59,460 nucleotides of DNA from a virus (Duplodnaviria; Caudoviricetes), in IMG/VR virus record IMGVR_UViG_3300033148_005420, positions 1 through 59,460 of that record. The stretch is one strand, 5' to 3'. The translations under genes were made by a program, and so were the position numbers. Positions 1-9,829 of the stretch are shown here, in pieces (the stretch's first letter is position 1; each line of letters begins with the position of its first letter). The notes below the pieces were generated by a model, which had not been told where the DNA came from, searched no databases, and saw only the letters and a list, made by a program, of their open reading frames with translations.

Positions 1-114
1 CCAAGCAATCCGCAGCAAGAATACTTGTCACAAAATACCGGACAGGGAAATGTAATGGTGGGGGCTCAATTTCAGGATCGTCCGAAGAAACTGATTCAGT
101 AGCGCAGGCGTTCC
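1..114. repeat. Terminal direct repeat, copy 1 (identical to 59347-59460); marks circular closure
   Basis: The first 114 nt (ccaagcaatc...gcaggcgttcc) are identical to the last 114 nt. Confidence 0.97.
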
Positions 115-778
115 CTGAGACGGTGTACTGAATATTATCAATACCAACCGGTCGCAGGTCAACACCTTCCTCTCTTAGGTCTGAATCACTCATGCAATTA
201 AAGACTCTCCAGAGGTAGCCACGCTTGCTTGTTTCGGCTTGGGCATGGTCAGTTGGGAACTCCATCTCCTCGACCACTGACAGGGCGGGGGTGGTGTAGA
301 CTATTACCCTTTGCCCTGGCTGGAACTCATCGTTGCTATCAATGATCGGCACCGCTGATTTTGATAGATAGTCAGGCCCGTTGCAAACTGCAATATCCAC
401 GGTGTTCTGTGCGGCTCCTTTGGTAACGGCTCCAGTAATGATAGCAACCATCAAACAGTCACCACAGCAAGGGCATGGTTTCTCTTCAGGCTCTTTGAGG
501 GGTGGCTCTTCTGTGCTGATGTAGATTTTAGATAACTTGTAATTCATTTCCACGCGGATCGTTACCAGGACTTCACCATGCTTGTAAAAAAAAGGGCCTG
601 CCTTCCCGGTCGGCAAGTTCCCAGGGGTGCTCTGTCCGTATCCTAGTGGAACTCTTGCACCCCGAAGGGCATGATCAAGCATTCCCAGTTTTTTACGGCC
701 GATTGGCTGGTACTGCGAAGTAATACTCCTATCTCCACTTTCAAGGATAATGGGGGATATCGGAGGGTGATAGCTCAT
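1..778 (-). CDS. Putative virion protein, 261 aa, spanning the circular join (778->1, then 59346->59339)
   Basis: Not in the ORF track. ATG at 778 overlaps the TGA of the upstream gene (ATGA). The frame stays open to base 1 (MSYHPPISP...SILAADCL) and ends EL-TGA at 59339-59341 once circularised. It lies in the structural gene run. Confidence 0.8.
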   Translation of the reverse strand, partial: MSYHPPISPIILESGDRSITSQYQPIGRKKLGMLDHALRGARVPLGYGQSTPGNLPTGKAGPFFYKHGEVLVTIRVEMNYKLSKIYISTEEPPLKEPEEKPCPCCGDCLMVAIITGAVTKGAAQNTVDIAVCNGPDYLSKSAVPIIDSNDEFQPGQRVIVYTTPALSVVEEMEFPTDHAQAETSKRGYLWRVFNCMSDSDLREEGVDLRPVGIDNIQYTVSGNACATESVSSDDPEIEPPPLHFPVRYFVTSILAADCL

Positions 779-2118
779 AGGCCTGTAGTGCTGTAGCTCT
801 CTCCGATACTCGCACTGTCTGACAGGCTATGTGATTGGCTTTCGCTGCTACCAAAACTTTCACTTGCTGAAGCGTTCATGGCCCCGATGATAGAGGCGAT
901 CAACTGTGACACCTGTTGCCCAAGCGTTTCGAGTATCTTCTCTCTCAAGTCGGCTTCGGCCTTAAAGCCCTCTATATTGATCCCGGCAACTTTCAGATCA
1001 ACTTCAATCTTTGCTAGGAGCTGCTGAAACTCAAAGTTAGCTTCAGCAAGCTTTGATTGTTGTTCAGTGGCTGCTGCGGATATTTCAGCTTTCCAGGTAT
1101 CAATTTCAAGCCCACGGATCTGGACTTTAGCTATGTTCTCGGCACCAGCCGCGTCAACATTAGCCCGGTACCCGTCCCACTCAGCAATATACTGGTCGTT
1201 CAACCCTTTGTTCTTTGAGGTGATCGCCTCAATACGGGCCTTAAATGCGCTTGCTTGTATTTCGATACCTTGCCACTTTGCAAGGTAAACCTGAATAGCT
1301 TGATCAACTGCACGGAATGCGAATTCAAATTCAACCTTAGCTGATTCTAGGGATCTGGCTTCCCAAGAATCCCATTCGCCAAGCATGACTTTTTCCAGCT
1401 CAACACCAAGAGTATGGACAAATTCTTTATTCCGTTGAGCTGTGCTGTAATCCTGTTCAGTGACAAGATTCAGGGCATCCTGATCAAGCTTATCTTGATT
1501 CTTGAACACCTCCGCAATGATAGCGGCCATTTGACCATCAGGTAAGCGGCAACCGTTCGCCCCGCCTGCGTGGACGGCATCCCTTAAAGCACTTGCTTGG
1601 TTGATTTTTCGCCTGTTTTGCTCCCGGTCTAAAAGGGCAGCATGAACAGCAGGGGTAAGACTGGTTCCGTTGGCAATGTCGTTAATGATTGAGGCAATTA
1701 AAACTAACCTCATTTCGCTACTGTAGGGTTCACCTGACCAGGAAAAAGACTCCTCCATGAGTTTTGGTGGGATAGGGTCAATGTAATCAAAGTCTAGGCT
1801 GCCATAGTTCTGTAACTGCGGCTTATTGGGCACGGACTTCGGCCACCGGCTATTCAGGACTAATTTGGCAAAACTTGGCGCTGTCGGAAAGGTGGTGGGG
1901 GTAACGTAGACTTTCTGCAATTCTGCTTCAACGTCTGCGAGGTCAAAATCCTTGGCAAGGTCGATCATCATCTTATGCAGATCGTCAATGGATTTAACTC
2001 TTTCCGCATAAGTGTTCTGCACGAAAGAAAAAACGTCCAGAACATCTCTACGAGGAATGCCAGGGTCAACCCCTATATCACTTGGTACTTGAGCAAACGC
2101 CCCTCTTAAGGTCACCAT
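775..2118 (-). CDS. Putative virion/internal (ejection-type) protein, helical, 447 aa
   Basis: Long Ala/Gln/Glu-rich coiled-coil-like ORF with a Ser-rich C-terminus, tightly coupled within the tail/virion operon. Confidence 0.6.
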   Translation of the reverse strand: MVTLRGAFAQVPSDIGVDPGIPRRDVLDVFSFVQNTYAERVKSIDDLHKMMIDLAKDFDLADVEAELQKVYVTPTTFPTAPSFAKLVLNSRWPKSVPNKPQLQNYGSLDFDYIDPIPPKLMEESFSWSGEPYSSEMRLVLIASIINDIANGTSLTPAVHAALLDREQNRRKINQASALRDAVHAGGANGCRLPDGQMAAIIAEVFKNQDKLDQDALNLVTEQDYSTAQRNKEFVHTLGVELEKVMLGEWDSWEARSLESAKVEFEFAFRAVDQAIQVYLAKWQGIEIQASAFKARIEAITSKNKGLNDQYIAEWDGYRANVDAAGAENIAKVQIRGLEIDTWKAEISAAATEQQSKLAEANFEFQQLLAKIEVDLKVAGINIEGFKAEADLREKILETLGQQVSQLIASIIGAMNASASESFGSSESQSHSLSDSASIGESYSTTGL

Positions 2119-2649
2119 TTAAGCGCCTCCATTTGATATTCCAGCGGGCCTTTTTATAAACGACACGCTCAACCCTAATAAAGTAAAAGGTTGTTTTGTT
2201 TCTAAGCCTATAGCCCAAAATTCACCTTGTAGGCGACTGCCCACCGCAGCCCTAAAGCCCCTCTGATGGGGTGTGCAGCGGCTCCAGTGGTAAAAACCTT
2301 GATCACCCACAGGAGGTACATGAGAATCATGCAAACAACCTCCTGTATCAGGCTTGGTCAAAACCTCCATGCCATCGTACTTCCCCTTTAACGACGCATA
2401 GATGTAGTTGAGCTTTTTCAAGTGCCCCCTGACTCCAAAATCGGAAGTATTTAGGATAAGCCGGTAAACAATATCTGATTCATCGTCTTTGTCGCCATGG
2501 TTCAGTTGCCACACCCCGCCTTCATTAAATCCATAAGCGTACCCACTGGTTTCAACTAGCCCCAAGAATGGCCCAGGAGCGTACGAAAGCGTTGTGACAG
2601 CTTTACCACCTACCGGCCCAACACCACACTGAACAGTAAAAATAGGCAT
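2119..2649 (-). CDS. Putative tail/nozzle-associated protein, 176 aa
   Basis: Beta-rich ORF coupled to both neighbours; position in the virion module. Confidence 0.5.
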   Translation of the reverse strand: MPIFTVQCGVGPVGGKAVTTLSYAPGPFLGLVETSGYAYGFNEGGVWQLNHGDKDDESDIVYRLILNTSDFGVRGHLKKLNYIYASLKGKYDGMEVLTKPDTGGCLHDSHVPPVGDQGFYHWSRCTPHQRGFRAAVGSRLQGEFWAIGLETKQPFTLLGLSVSFIKRPAGISNGGA

Positions 2650-4118
2650 TAGAACCAGTCTCCACGGTTAAATTCTGGGGACAGACAAGGGGGTGTCCCC
2701 GTTTGAGCGGTTATCACTGATCCCAGAGCAATTCCAACCTTGAGTTTCCCGGCTTGCTCGCTGGCACCAACCATCTTTACGTCAAGCTTCATGGCCGCAT
2801 TTAGCACATTACCTGGAACAGTATCAGCCCTGAGCATACAGGATAAACATAATTTACCTTTCAACCTGGCGGCGTTTGGCTGGGTAATCTCTCCGGTCAT
2901 ACCCAAGCCAAGAGCGGCCAATAATGCGGCGGGTTTGTGTTCGGCTGCTGCTGTCATGTTTGCAGCCAGAGACAACCCGCAAGATACTGAATTCGGCAGG
3001 GACTGTGTTGCCTTAAGGCTTATGTCCAGATCAAGACCACCTTCTAGTTTTGCCTCATTGGTCTCAGATTCACCACCTGTCAGAAAGCCAAGACTGAACC
3101 CAGCAACAAGGGCGGCTGTCTCGGAAAAATTAACATCAAGGGAATATTCATCTACTTCGTCAACGGCTGAATGGGCTGATATGTCCCCAGCCGTTTGTCC
3201 AAGACGACTGTCAAAAACAAGGATTTCACCAGCAATAGGGACGGAGTCATCTTCGGCGATTATCTGCGTTACCGGGTAGTCGGTAACATATATCTGGGCC
3301 TCACGGACACCCCTTGAGATATCAGCACCGGCTGAATGGAAATTATTGAGGATAACCTCGTCAAACTCAATGTCCTGGGGGAGGACCACGACTAATTGGA
3401 TATAGCCCCCGCCAACTTTATCGCCGGTCGTCGGGGAAAAAATGTCAAAATCTGATATCCAGGCATTGTTGATGTTGAGGTTTCCAGTTTTTGGCCCATA
3501 AGGGAGAAACGCTGAAAATGGTGTTATGTCTACAGTTTGTCCCGGTACCGACGCGTACGCATCCAGCATTGCCCAATTGAGCCTTGCTGTACCTTCTTCC
3601 GACCCGTAACCGCCAACAACTATTTTATATTCAACTCCCTGGGTAGCTTCAAAATTCAAAGCACTCCATGCCCCGCTTATCCCTCCGCCAAGCTCCTGAT
3701 CGTCGTTTTCAACAACCAGAGACAGTCCAAGCAAGGTATCCCCAAGATAAACAGCTAAAACAGTGTCTATTGCGCTGTTTTTCGTATCAAAGAAAACTGT
3801 ACCACTAGAGGGAGCTACCCATTTATACCACGCTGTAGCTGTTGTTCCGCTCTCGGCGTGGTCAGGCTCGTTGGTTTCTGTCGTAAATCCGGTATTATCG
3901 AGCTCTGATGCACCAGCTCCGCCTGTAAGCTCTGTTGCGGATGTAAAGTTGTCTGCTCCCGCTGCTTGAAGCCCACCAAAAGCGGTGCCTGGAAAAGCTA
4001 TCCTTTCGCTGGCCAGCGACAATTCTAATCTACGGATACCCGCTTGTGTTGCCGAACTAATTGCCGTGTAATTTTTGTATATCCTAAAAATCAGGCTCCG
4101 GGCCGTTACGTTGGACAC
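2649..4118 (-). CDS. Putative virion surface protein with a PPC-like beta-sandwich domain and discoidin-like segments
   Basis: ADNFTSA...EPDHA...AWYKWVAPSSGTVFFDT...DTVLAVY...ENDD resembles extracellular pre-peptidase-C-terminal-type domains; Ala/Gly/Leu-rich C-terminal repeats. Confidence 0.55.
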   Translation of the reverse strand: MSNVTARSLIFRIYKNYTAISSATQAGIRRLELSLASERIAFPGTAFGGLQAAGADNFTSATELTGGAGASELDNTGFTTETNEPDHAESGTTATAWYKWVAPSSGTVFFDTKNSAIDTVLAVYLGDTLLGLSLVVENDDQELGGGISGAWSALNFEATQGVEYKIVVGGYGSEEGTARLNWAMLDAYASVPGQTVDITPFSAFLPYGPKTGNLNINNAWISDFDIFSPTTGDKVGGGYIQLVVVLPQDIEFDEVILNNFHSAGADISRGVREAQIYVTDYPVTQIIAEDDSVPIAGEILVFDSRLGQTAGDISAHSAVDEVDEYSLDVNFSETAALVAGFSLGFLTGGESETNEAKLEGGLDLDISLKATQSLPNSVSCGLSLAANMTAAAEHKPAALLAALGLGMTGEITQPNAARLKGKLCLSCMLRADTVPGNVLNAAMKLDVKMVGASEQAGKLKVGIALGSVITAQTGTPPCLSPEFNRGDWF

Positions 4119-4882
4119 TACAGCACCGCCGCCGCTGAAATCTCCACGGTAACCTCTGATACATCCACGGGCACGCCCATTGTTAATTGATTCCCGCTGG
4201 CCATGATTAGGTCACCCCCGCCAGCCTGGCCAGTGACCGAGCCATCAAAACGGACAGAAACTACGCTCGCACCTGTGATTACATTATTTGCGTACAATCT
4301 AAACGAGTTAGCGGCCAAAGCCTGCTTGGGCAAACCTCTCATGATCTCCGGGGCTGCTGTTTCTGGATCAATAGCACGGCGCAGGGTGTTCCCGACTAGA
4401 TCCCCAAAGTTTAAACCATTGGTTGGCTCTCCTGCGACAAAAGCGCCAGCATTTAATGTAATATCACAGATGCTTATTCCGGGTTCTGCTTGGTCTGCGT
4501 CCGAAGCCCTCGATTCGTTGAACAGTCGGATAGTTGCGTTCTGAAAAATACTCCTGAAGCACCCAGCAACGTCAAACTCCAATAGGTCAATATCCGATCC
4601 AGCAGCGAGCGTGGTAAAGCTGCCCGCAGGAACTTCCAGCTGCGTGGCCGAAGACGACAATACCTTGACCAGCTTGTTGCGATTCGGATCTCCAGAAGGA
4701 GTCAATGTTTTGACAAAAGCGTGTTGTTTGAAAATATCCAATCCAGATGAAGCGTTAATAGTATCAAGACCACCTGTCCCGTCACCGTCACCAAGACTGA
4801 TCCCGTTACTGATGAAATTGTTTCTCACGTCAAGATTCCACGTAAGCAAGGCGTGTTTGAGTCCTGTGGATGGTTTAATCAT
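4118..4882 (-). CDS. Putative virion structural protein, 254 aa
   Basis: Gly/Ala/Thr-rich, beta-type composition; coupled within the virion operon. Confidence 0.55.
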   Translation of the reverse strand: MIKPSTGLKHALLTWNLDVRNNFISNGISLGDGDGTGGLDTINASSGLDIFKQHAFVKTLTPSGDPNRNKLVKVLSSSATQLEVPAGSFTTLAAGSDIDLLEFDVAGCFRSIFQNATIRLFNESRASDADQAEPGISICDITLNAGAFVAGEPTNGLNFGDLVGNTLRRAIDPETAAPEIMRGLPKQALAANSFRLYANNVITGASVVSVRFDGSVTGQAGGGDLIMASGNQLTMGVPVDVSEVTVEISAAAVL

Positions 4883-4886
4883 AGTA

Positions 4887-5843
4887 TTATACGGTAGATA
4901 TTATCAGCATGGATTCGTTGACGAGCATCATGCTGCCTTTTGTTTTCCCGCAATCTCGGGGTAAAGCGAATTTCTTATTTGTCAAATTCATGATTGTGCC
5001 GTCTGGAAAGCCAAAGACTGGCCCTTTAACGGTCATGAACACAGCTCCAAGGGCTGGAGACTCGAATCCAAGAGCAGCGGAATCGACTAGCCCTTGAACC
5101 TTGCAATACTCAACTGCTGGATAGTTCAATACCTTCCTAGATACCCATTTTCTACAATCAAGGCCGGACAAGAACCATATTGATTTATCATCAGAGACGT
5201 AAAGCCCTTCCTGGACGGAAGCCAACAGTCTTACAGATCCCTCGGCTGGCCAAATGTTCTCAAGCTCCCTCATTAGGATTTCCTGAGAGGGTTCAGAGTA
5301 AAAGACAGCCTGGCCGGTTGCAGAAATAACGCTCTTTCCATGCCGCTCGATGTGTCGCCCGAATGGGAGTCGGGCGTATTTTAAGGTATTGTCAGCGGCC
5401 ATCATCTCTGTTGAGTTCGGCCAACTAGTCAACTGATGATCTGTGGTAATAATACCCCTCTCTCGCTGGGTCGAGAACCAGTAATCCCCGGCCAGCTCAA
5501 ACCAGCTCAACCAATTGCTTGGGTACCTAATACGGGCAATCTCTGCAATGACCAGGGAACCCGTTGAATCAGGTCTAGCCTGCATGATTGCGGTGCCTAG
5601 GCCGTCGTCCTTATCACAGGCAAAAAGCAGGCCAGAAGGGGTGTTTACTGGGGAATGGCAAGATCCGCCCGCAAACAACTGCCGACTACCAAGGCGGGAG
5701 TAGAGTTCCCCGGCACGGCCAATCAGCATGTTGTTTGCCACCTGGAGACCGGCGACACCTGACCGTGGGTCAAAAGGGATCAGCTCAGGTTCAACAGTGT
5801 TTGCGATACCGGAAGAGCCGCTGTATAGACGGATTTTAGGCAT
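4887..5843 (-). CDS. Putative tail nozzle/stabilisation-type beta-propeller protein
   Basis: Motifs NNMLIGRAGELYSRLG, VFYSEP and LYVSDDKSIWFLSG are typical of podovirus nozzle/P22 gp10-like proteins; downstream of the adaptor. Confidence 0.5.
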   Translation of the reverse strand: MPKIRLYSGSSGIANTVEPELIPFDPRSGVAGLQVANNMLIGRAGELYSRLGSRQLFAGGSCHSPVNTPSGLLFACDKDDGLGTAIMQARPDSTGSLVIAEIARIRYPSNWLSWFELAGDYWFSTQRERGIITTDHQLTSWPNSTEMMAADNTLKYARLPFGRHIERHGKSVISATGQAVFYSEPSQEILMRELENIWPAEGSVRLLASVQEGLYVSDDKSIWFLSGLDCRKWVSRKVLNYPAVEYCKVQGLVDSAALGFESPALGAVFMTVKGPVFGFPDGTIMNLTNKKFALPRDCGKTKGSMMLVNESMLIISTV

Positions 5844-5848
5844 GGTGG

Positions 5849-6394
5849 TTATTCGCCACTCAACTCGGATAATCCATGTCGGGTATTATCAGCTACGATT
5901 TTTAATCGCTCCAGGACTTCGACTCCCCCGTGATCGTCATAAAGCTTGTTCCGCTCAACCTCTTTAATCACACCTTTGACGTAGTGGAGGTATTCGACAG
6001 GCAGATGAAAAGTGAGCTGTTCGTTCGAGGATTGTAGGCCCAGTATGAACCACCCATCCATAACCTCACCTTCTTTGCTCCTGTGAGTCCAGAAGGCAAT
6101 ATTGGGCGACATTAAGCAGACGTTCACAAAGAGAATATGCCGAGCAGCGTACAGTTCGCTAAAGGTGTGATAACCGTCCGAGATTTCGCCTGGGTCTTTT
6201 GCGACTTTCGGTTCACCGAGAATCCATTTCTCGATTTCCTTACATTGTTTCAGTGTTTGGGCTGGCGCTAACAGCTCCCCTGATCTCGACAGATTGGATG
6301 CTAGCCCCGTTACTGTCTGGAAAATAGCCAGTCGGATTTCAATCTCTTGGTGGCGCTTGCCGTGAACCATAGCTGCTGTTGGTTTATCAGACAT
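5849..6394 (-). CDS. Phage protein of the SDGYHTF/WDGH-motif family
   Basis: ISDGYHTFSELY...GWFILG...QLTFHLP...YDDHGGVEVLERL matches a widespread phage family (recalled, not searched). Confidence 0.65.
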   Translation of the reverse strand: MSDKPTAAMVHGKRHQEIEIRLAIFQTVTGLASNLSRSGELLAPAQTLKQCKEIEKWILGEPKVAKDPGEISDGYHTFSELYAARHILFVNVCLMSPNIAFWTHRSKEGEVMDGWFILGLQSSNEQLTFHLPVEYLHYVKGVIKEVERNKLYDDHGGVEVLERLKIVADNTRHGLSELSGE

Positions 6395-6626
6395 CCTTGA
6401 AAGCTCCCTTTTTCGTCTTAAAACAACCCGTACAGGTCACAGGATTACATAGTTCAACTCCAATCCCTACCGGCCATCTCTGACACTCAGGACAGGGTTC
6501 TTTTGGACTTTTCTCTTTTATCTCTTTTTGCACTGGCTCTTTCCCGGATTTTCTTCAGTTTTTCGCTGTCTTCGGCTGACAGTGCGTCAGCCATTGTTAG
6601 GGCTGATCCTGATTGGGTTTGTTTTG

Positions 6627-7310
6627 TCATGTCATGAATTGGTCTTCATTAGCTTCCACGTTATACGCTGGAGCTGATTCTTTCAAGAAGATATCAAGGT
6701 TAGTTAAGGACTCGTTAAAAAACTGACGGTGTTTGCCTATATTATGCAATGAAGATCCTGCATCCTGATCAATGTCATTCCAAAAATGAATGGCTGGATA
6801 ATTGGTCAGCAATGCATACTGAAGATGCTCCGGTATTCCGTCTGGATTATCGTCATCTTTTACCATCTTTACTGGGTAGCGATAACCCGAAATATTGATT
6901 ACCTCTGACTCCGATGCTTGCCGGGAGTAATACAAAGTTTTCCCAGATAAACAATACGATACGACATTGCCAGTTTTGCTAAAATTTTGAGAATTATCTT
7001 TTCTAAACTTCAGCAAATCGTCGTAACGAGTCAGCATCTTGCCCGAGCCACCCCAGGCTTGCACCCCTCCGTTACGCTGGTACGTTAAAGGCATAACCAG
7101 CGAATTTTGTCCAGGGATGGTATTAACCTGGAATACCGTTTCAAGCAAAGGTAAAGGGGGGAGCGGTGGCACTCCATATCCCCGAGTGCCACCGCCTGCA
7201 ATGAACTCGACTCCACGATTGATCATGTCTTGAATACCTACCTTGTCCAGGCAACCACTGTTCAAGATACGATCAATTGCGTCAACTAATGACTTCAGAG
7301 TCTCAGGCAT
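6627..7310 (-). CDS. Putative head-tail adaptor protein
   Basis: Directly after the capsid gene; 227 aa; DDDNPDGIPEHLQYALLTNY resembles adaptor C-terminal motifs. Confidence 0.6.
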   Translation of the reverse strand: MPETLKSLVDAIDRILNSGCLDKVGIQDMINRGVEFIAGGGTRGYGVPPLPPLPLLETVFQVNTIPGQNSLVMPLTYQRNGGVQAWGGSGKMLTRYDDLLKFRKDNSQNFSKTGNVVSYCLSGKTLYYSRQASESEVINISGYRYPVKMVKDDDNPDGIPEHLQYALLTNYPAIHFWNDIDQDAGSSLHNIGKHRQFFNESLTNLDIFLKESAPAYNVEANEDQFMT

Positions 7311-7312
7311 AA

Positions 7313-8290
7313 TTAAGCCGTTAAGCCAGAATGCATTGCATGTGCTGACCGGTCAGACGTTGTTAACACTCCTGTCCATCTGGTATTGGCAATAACATCA
7401 TCTGGCTTGGTAGCCGGATCGTTTGCAATCCATCTTGCAGGGGTAAAGTTAAAATCTTTATGGGCTCTGATTCTAATTTTATCCAGATTCATGGCGTAGA
7501 TATTACCGGTCGGGCACTGAGTATCCCAGACAAAAGGAATGCCGTCATGAGTAATGTTTTTAAAACCGGCCTCTAACATTACCTTGTCAACGAAACGTTG
7601 CTGTGGCTGCAAAGATCCCTTGTATTTATCATACAGAGCTTTTGTCCCTAGGATCAAGTTAGGGATAGACCCTGCTGAGTTTTCGGTGGTAGCGGCGGAA
7701 ATAATATCAGTCATGACAGCGTAACTGATAGCCTCAACGGTTGTTATCACGTTAGGAGACCATAGAGCCATATCGTCTTCAGCTATATTCCCGTAAGGGG
7801 TCGCTGAGGTGGCATTAAACAAGTCGGGCAACCCATCAAAGCCTCGCTGATCCGTAGAGGCGGACCTCGCCACGTACAGGCCTTTCCCCATAGCGTCACG
7901 GATTGTCTTCGCAATACTATTGAGTTTCTTCTGTACGAGGCTAACCATGGCTGCGTCGCCGGAATTCTGCTCTCTCTCGGTCAGCCCGATAGCATCTGAT
8001 GCAAAATACCCCGACCAATCAAAGGCTGCTGTGTTGATGATATCGTTATTGGTTCCCGGTATTGTAGTGGTTGCCCCGTATGTCCCGCTACTTACTGCGG
8101 CATATTCCAAGAATTCCAGTACTCTCTTTCCGCCGTCTACCGTTTCGCTGGCGGTAACAAGCGAAAGTTTGTTCTGTCCAGACCCGAGCAAACGATACAG
8201 CATTATGTTGCTTTTAAAATACAGGTCTTCAACTTTGTTTTTATCGTAGAAGTCGTTCGTTACGGCTTCAATCTGGTCAATCAGTGCCAT
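7313..8290 (-). CDS. Major capsid protein (HK97-fold expected)
   Basis: 325 aa, after the scaffold; GFDGLPDL, PNLILGT, LQPQQRF and AGFKNITHDGIPFVWD are typical of phage MCPs. Confidence 0.85.
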   Translation of the reverse strand: MALIDQIEAVTNDFYDKNKVEDLYFKSNIMLYRLLGSGQNKLSLVTASETVDGGKRVLEFLEYAAVSSGTYGATTTIPGTNNDIINTAAFDWSGYFASDAIGLTEREQNSGDAAMVSLVQKKLNSIAKTIRDAMGKGLYVARSASTDQRGFDGLPDLFNATSATPYGNIAEDDMALWSPNVITTVEAISYAVMTDIISAATTENSAGSIPNLILGTKALYDKYKGSLQPQQRFVDKVMLEAGFKNITHDGIPFVWDTQCPTGNIYAMNLDKIRIRAHKDFNFTPARWIANDPATKPDDVIANTRWTGVLTTSDRSAHAMHSGLTA

Positions 8291-8303
8291 GATGTGTTCC
8301 TAT

Positions 8304-9119
8304 TTAAGCCGCTCCCCGGAATGCAGCTAACCCGGATTCCATAAGTTGGGCTTTGTTTATTTTTTGGGGTTGTTCGGCCCCGGCTGGTACAGGTAGCTGT
8401 TGTCCACTAGCTCCAGTCACGCCTTTTGCGGGGTTCGATCCGCTTACTTGGGCCAAAGTTTCTGCCTTTCCTTTTTCGAAGGCTTCGGTTGCTGCGGTTT
8501 GCGCTAAAGCAGCGCTATTACTCGCCTGGATTTTGTAATATGCATCGTAATGATCCCGGATATAAGGGTCGACTTTAACCATCTCGTCAAGCTGCCCGGA
8601 ACTCATTAGCTGCTCAAACTCGGGGTTCTCAACAATGAACTGGTTATACAATGCTTGTTGATCTCTCTGGGCCAACTGGTCAGTAAAATCTTGTCCCTGT
8701 TTTTCCAGAGCGGACTGGTGCTGCCTTGAGGCCTGTTCACCAACTTTTGCTGCGGCAATATTTGCAAGCCGTGTTGACATTACCTTTTCGTCAATGGTGC
8801 CTGAATCAAACTCTTTGTAAACCTGCTGTTGATCGGCAGCAAAATCCTGCTGCTCCGCTGGCGGTACGGCCTGTTGCTGTTGGGCCTGCTGCATAGTCAT
8901 CATGTTTTCATTAAGAGCTGACAACTGCTGCTTCACCCCTCCTAGCTCTTCTGCCTGCTTACCATTAAATTGCTGCAAGTCTTGGTAACCTTTCTCAAGG
9001 CTCTCTAGACTGTCAAACTTTCCACCGGCGTACGTTCTTGACTCCGTGGTATCCTTATCGGGCACGGTCGTTTTCACTGTGGTATCCTTATCGGGCACAG
9101 CAGTACTTTCGGTTGTCAT
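8304..9119 (-). CDS. Capsid scaffolding protein
   Basis: Gln/Glu/Ala-rich helical protein before the MCP; AGGKFDSLESLEKGYQDLQ is a scaffold-type motif; N-terminal VPDKDTT duplication. Confidence 0.75.
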   Translation of the reverse strand: MTTESTAVPDKDTTVKTTVPDKDTTESRTYAGGKFDSLESLEKGYQDLQQFNGKQAEELGGVKQQLSALNENMMTMQQAQQQQAVPPAEQQDFAADQQQVYKEFDSGTIDEKVMSTRLANIAAAKVGEQASRQHQSALEKQGQDFTDQLAQRDQQALYNQFIVENPEFEQLMSSGQLDEMVKVDPYIRDHYDAYYKIQASNSAALAQTAATEAFEKGKAETLAQVSGSNPAKGVTGASGQQLPVPAGAEQPQKINKAQLMESGLAAFRGAA

Positions 9120-9379
9120 CCTGTTTGCTCCAAGTTATTCTTTTTGAGGTAATTATTAAAAGATGTCCGGTCAGTAACAAGTTGTTTTGCATCGGCTCTT
9201 AGATTATCCGTGGCGCTGTCGAGCCATGCCGGGCATTCTCTTCGGACTTTAGAACTGATAACTCTCTTGGTCTGGTATCCGCATTGCGGGCAGGGTAAAG
9301 AGTTATTCCGATTTGCAATCCTTCTTACTGTCTCCATTGTTGCCCCACAATGAGCACAATTGTGCTCATACAGAGGCAT
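9116..9379 (-). CDS. FmdB-family zinc-ribbon protein
   Basis: MPLYEHNCAHCG...CPQCG...KRVIS; start taken at ATG 9379. Confidence 0.8.
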   Translation of the reverse strand: MPLYEHNCAHCGATMETVRRIANRNNSLPCPQCGYQTKRVISSKVRRECPAWLDSATDNLRADAKQLVTDRTSFNNYLKKNNLEQTG

Positions 9380-9641
9380 ATTTAACCACCCATCCATCCG
9401 TAGGCTTACTATCGTCAAGCCTATTCCTCACAGTACTAACAGATACTCCTAGTACTGTTGCGGCCTCGGAAATAGACGGAAGCTTCTTGTCTACCTCCCC
9501 CTCCTTTGACAGAACGACAGATTTTCCGCCCGTGCTCATGGTGATAGCAATTTCCATACAATTAGTACAGACCATGGACTCCCCTAGATCTTTTACAGGG
9601 ACTAAAATTCGGCATTTTTTACAACGTTGTAGCTCTGGCAT
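9366..9641 (-). CDS. Small Zn-finger plus HTH (NUMOD1-like) protein
   Basis: CKKC...CTNC followed by SISEAATVLGVSVSTVRNRL; start taken at ATG 9641. Confidence 0.55.
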   Translation of the reverse strand: MPELQRCKKCRILVPVKDLGESMVCTNCMEIAITMSTGGKSVVLSKEGEVDKKLPSISEAATVLGVSVSTVRNRLDDSKPTDGWVVKYASV

Positions 9642-9829
9642 TAAGTAGCTCCTTGTATTGTGCTCTCCATTTCTTCTCGTGCGGCTGCGAGGCAACAGGA
9701 GAAACCGGCCCTGAGTCTTCTTGAAATATTCCCAATCATGTACCTCTTGAGACTTTCCGCACTCGTTTTAGGTTTACCGTGCTTCATTACATGTTGCATT
9801 GCGGCATTGGCCTTCTCTCTGTCCGTCAT
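9641..9829 (-). CDS. Hypothetical protein, 62 aa
   Basis: Coupled by overlapping stop/start codons to the portal gene and the next gene. Confidence 0.5.
   Translation of the reverse strand: MTDREKANAAMQHVMKHGKPKTSAESLKRYMIGNISRRLRAGFSCCLAAAREEMESTIQGAT

Noticed and set aside
9046-9098. 20-bp duplication at the start of the scaffold gene
   Set aside because: In-frame (33-bp offset) VPDKDTT peptide duplication in a disordered N-terminus; unremarkable.
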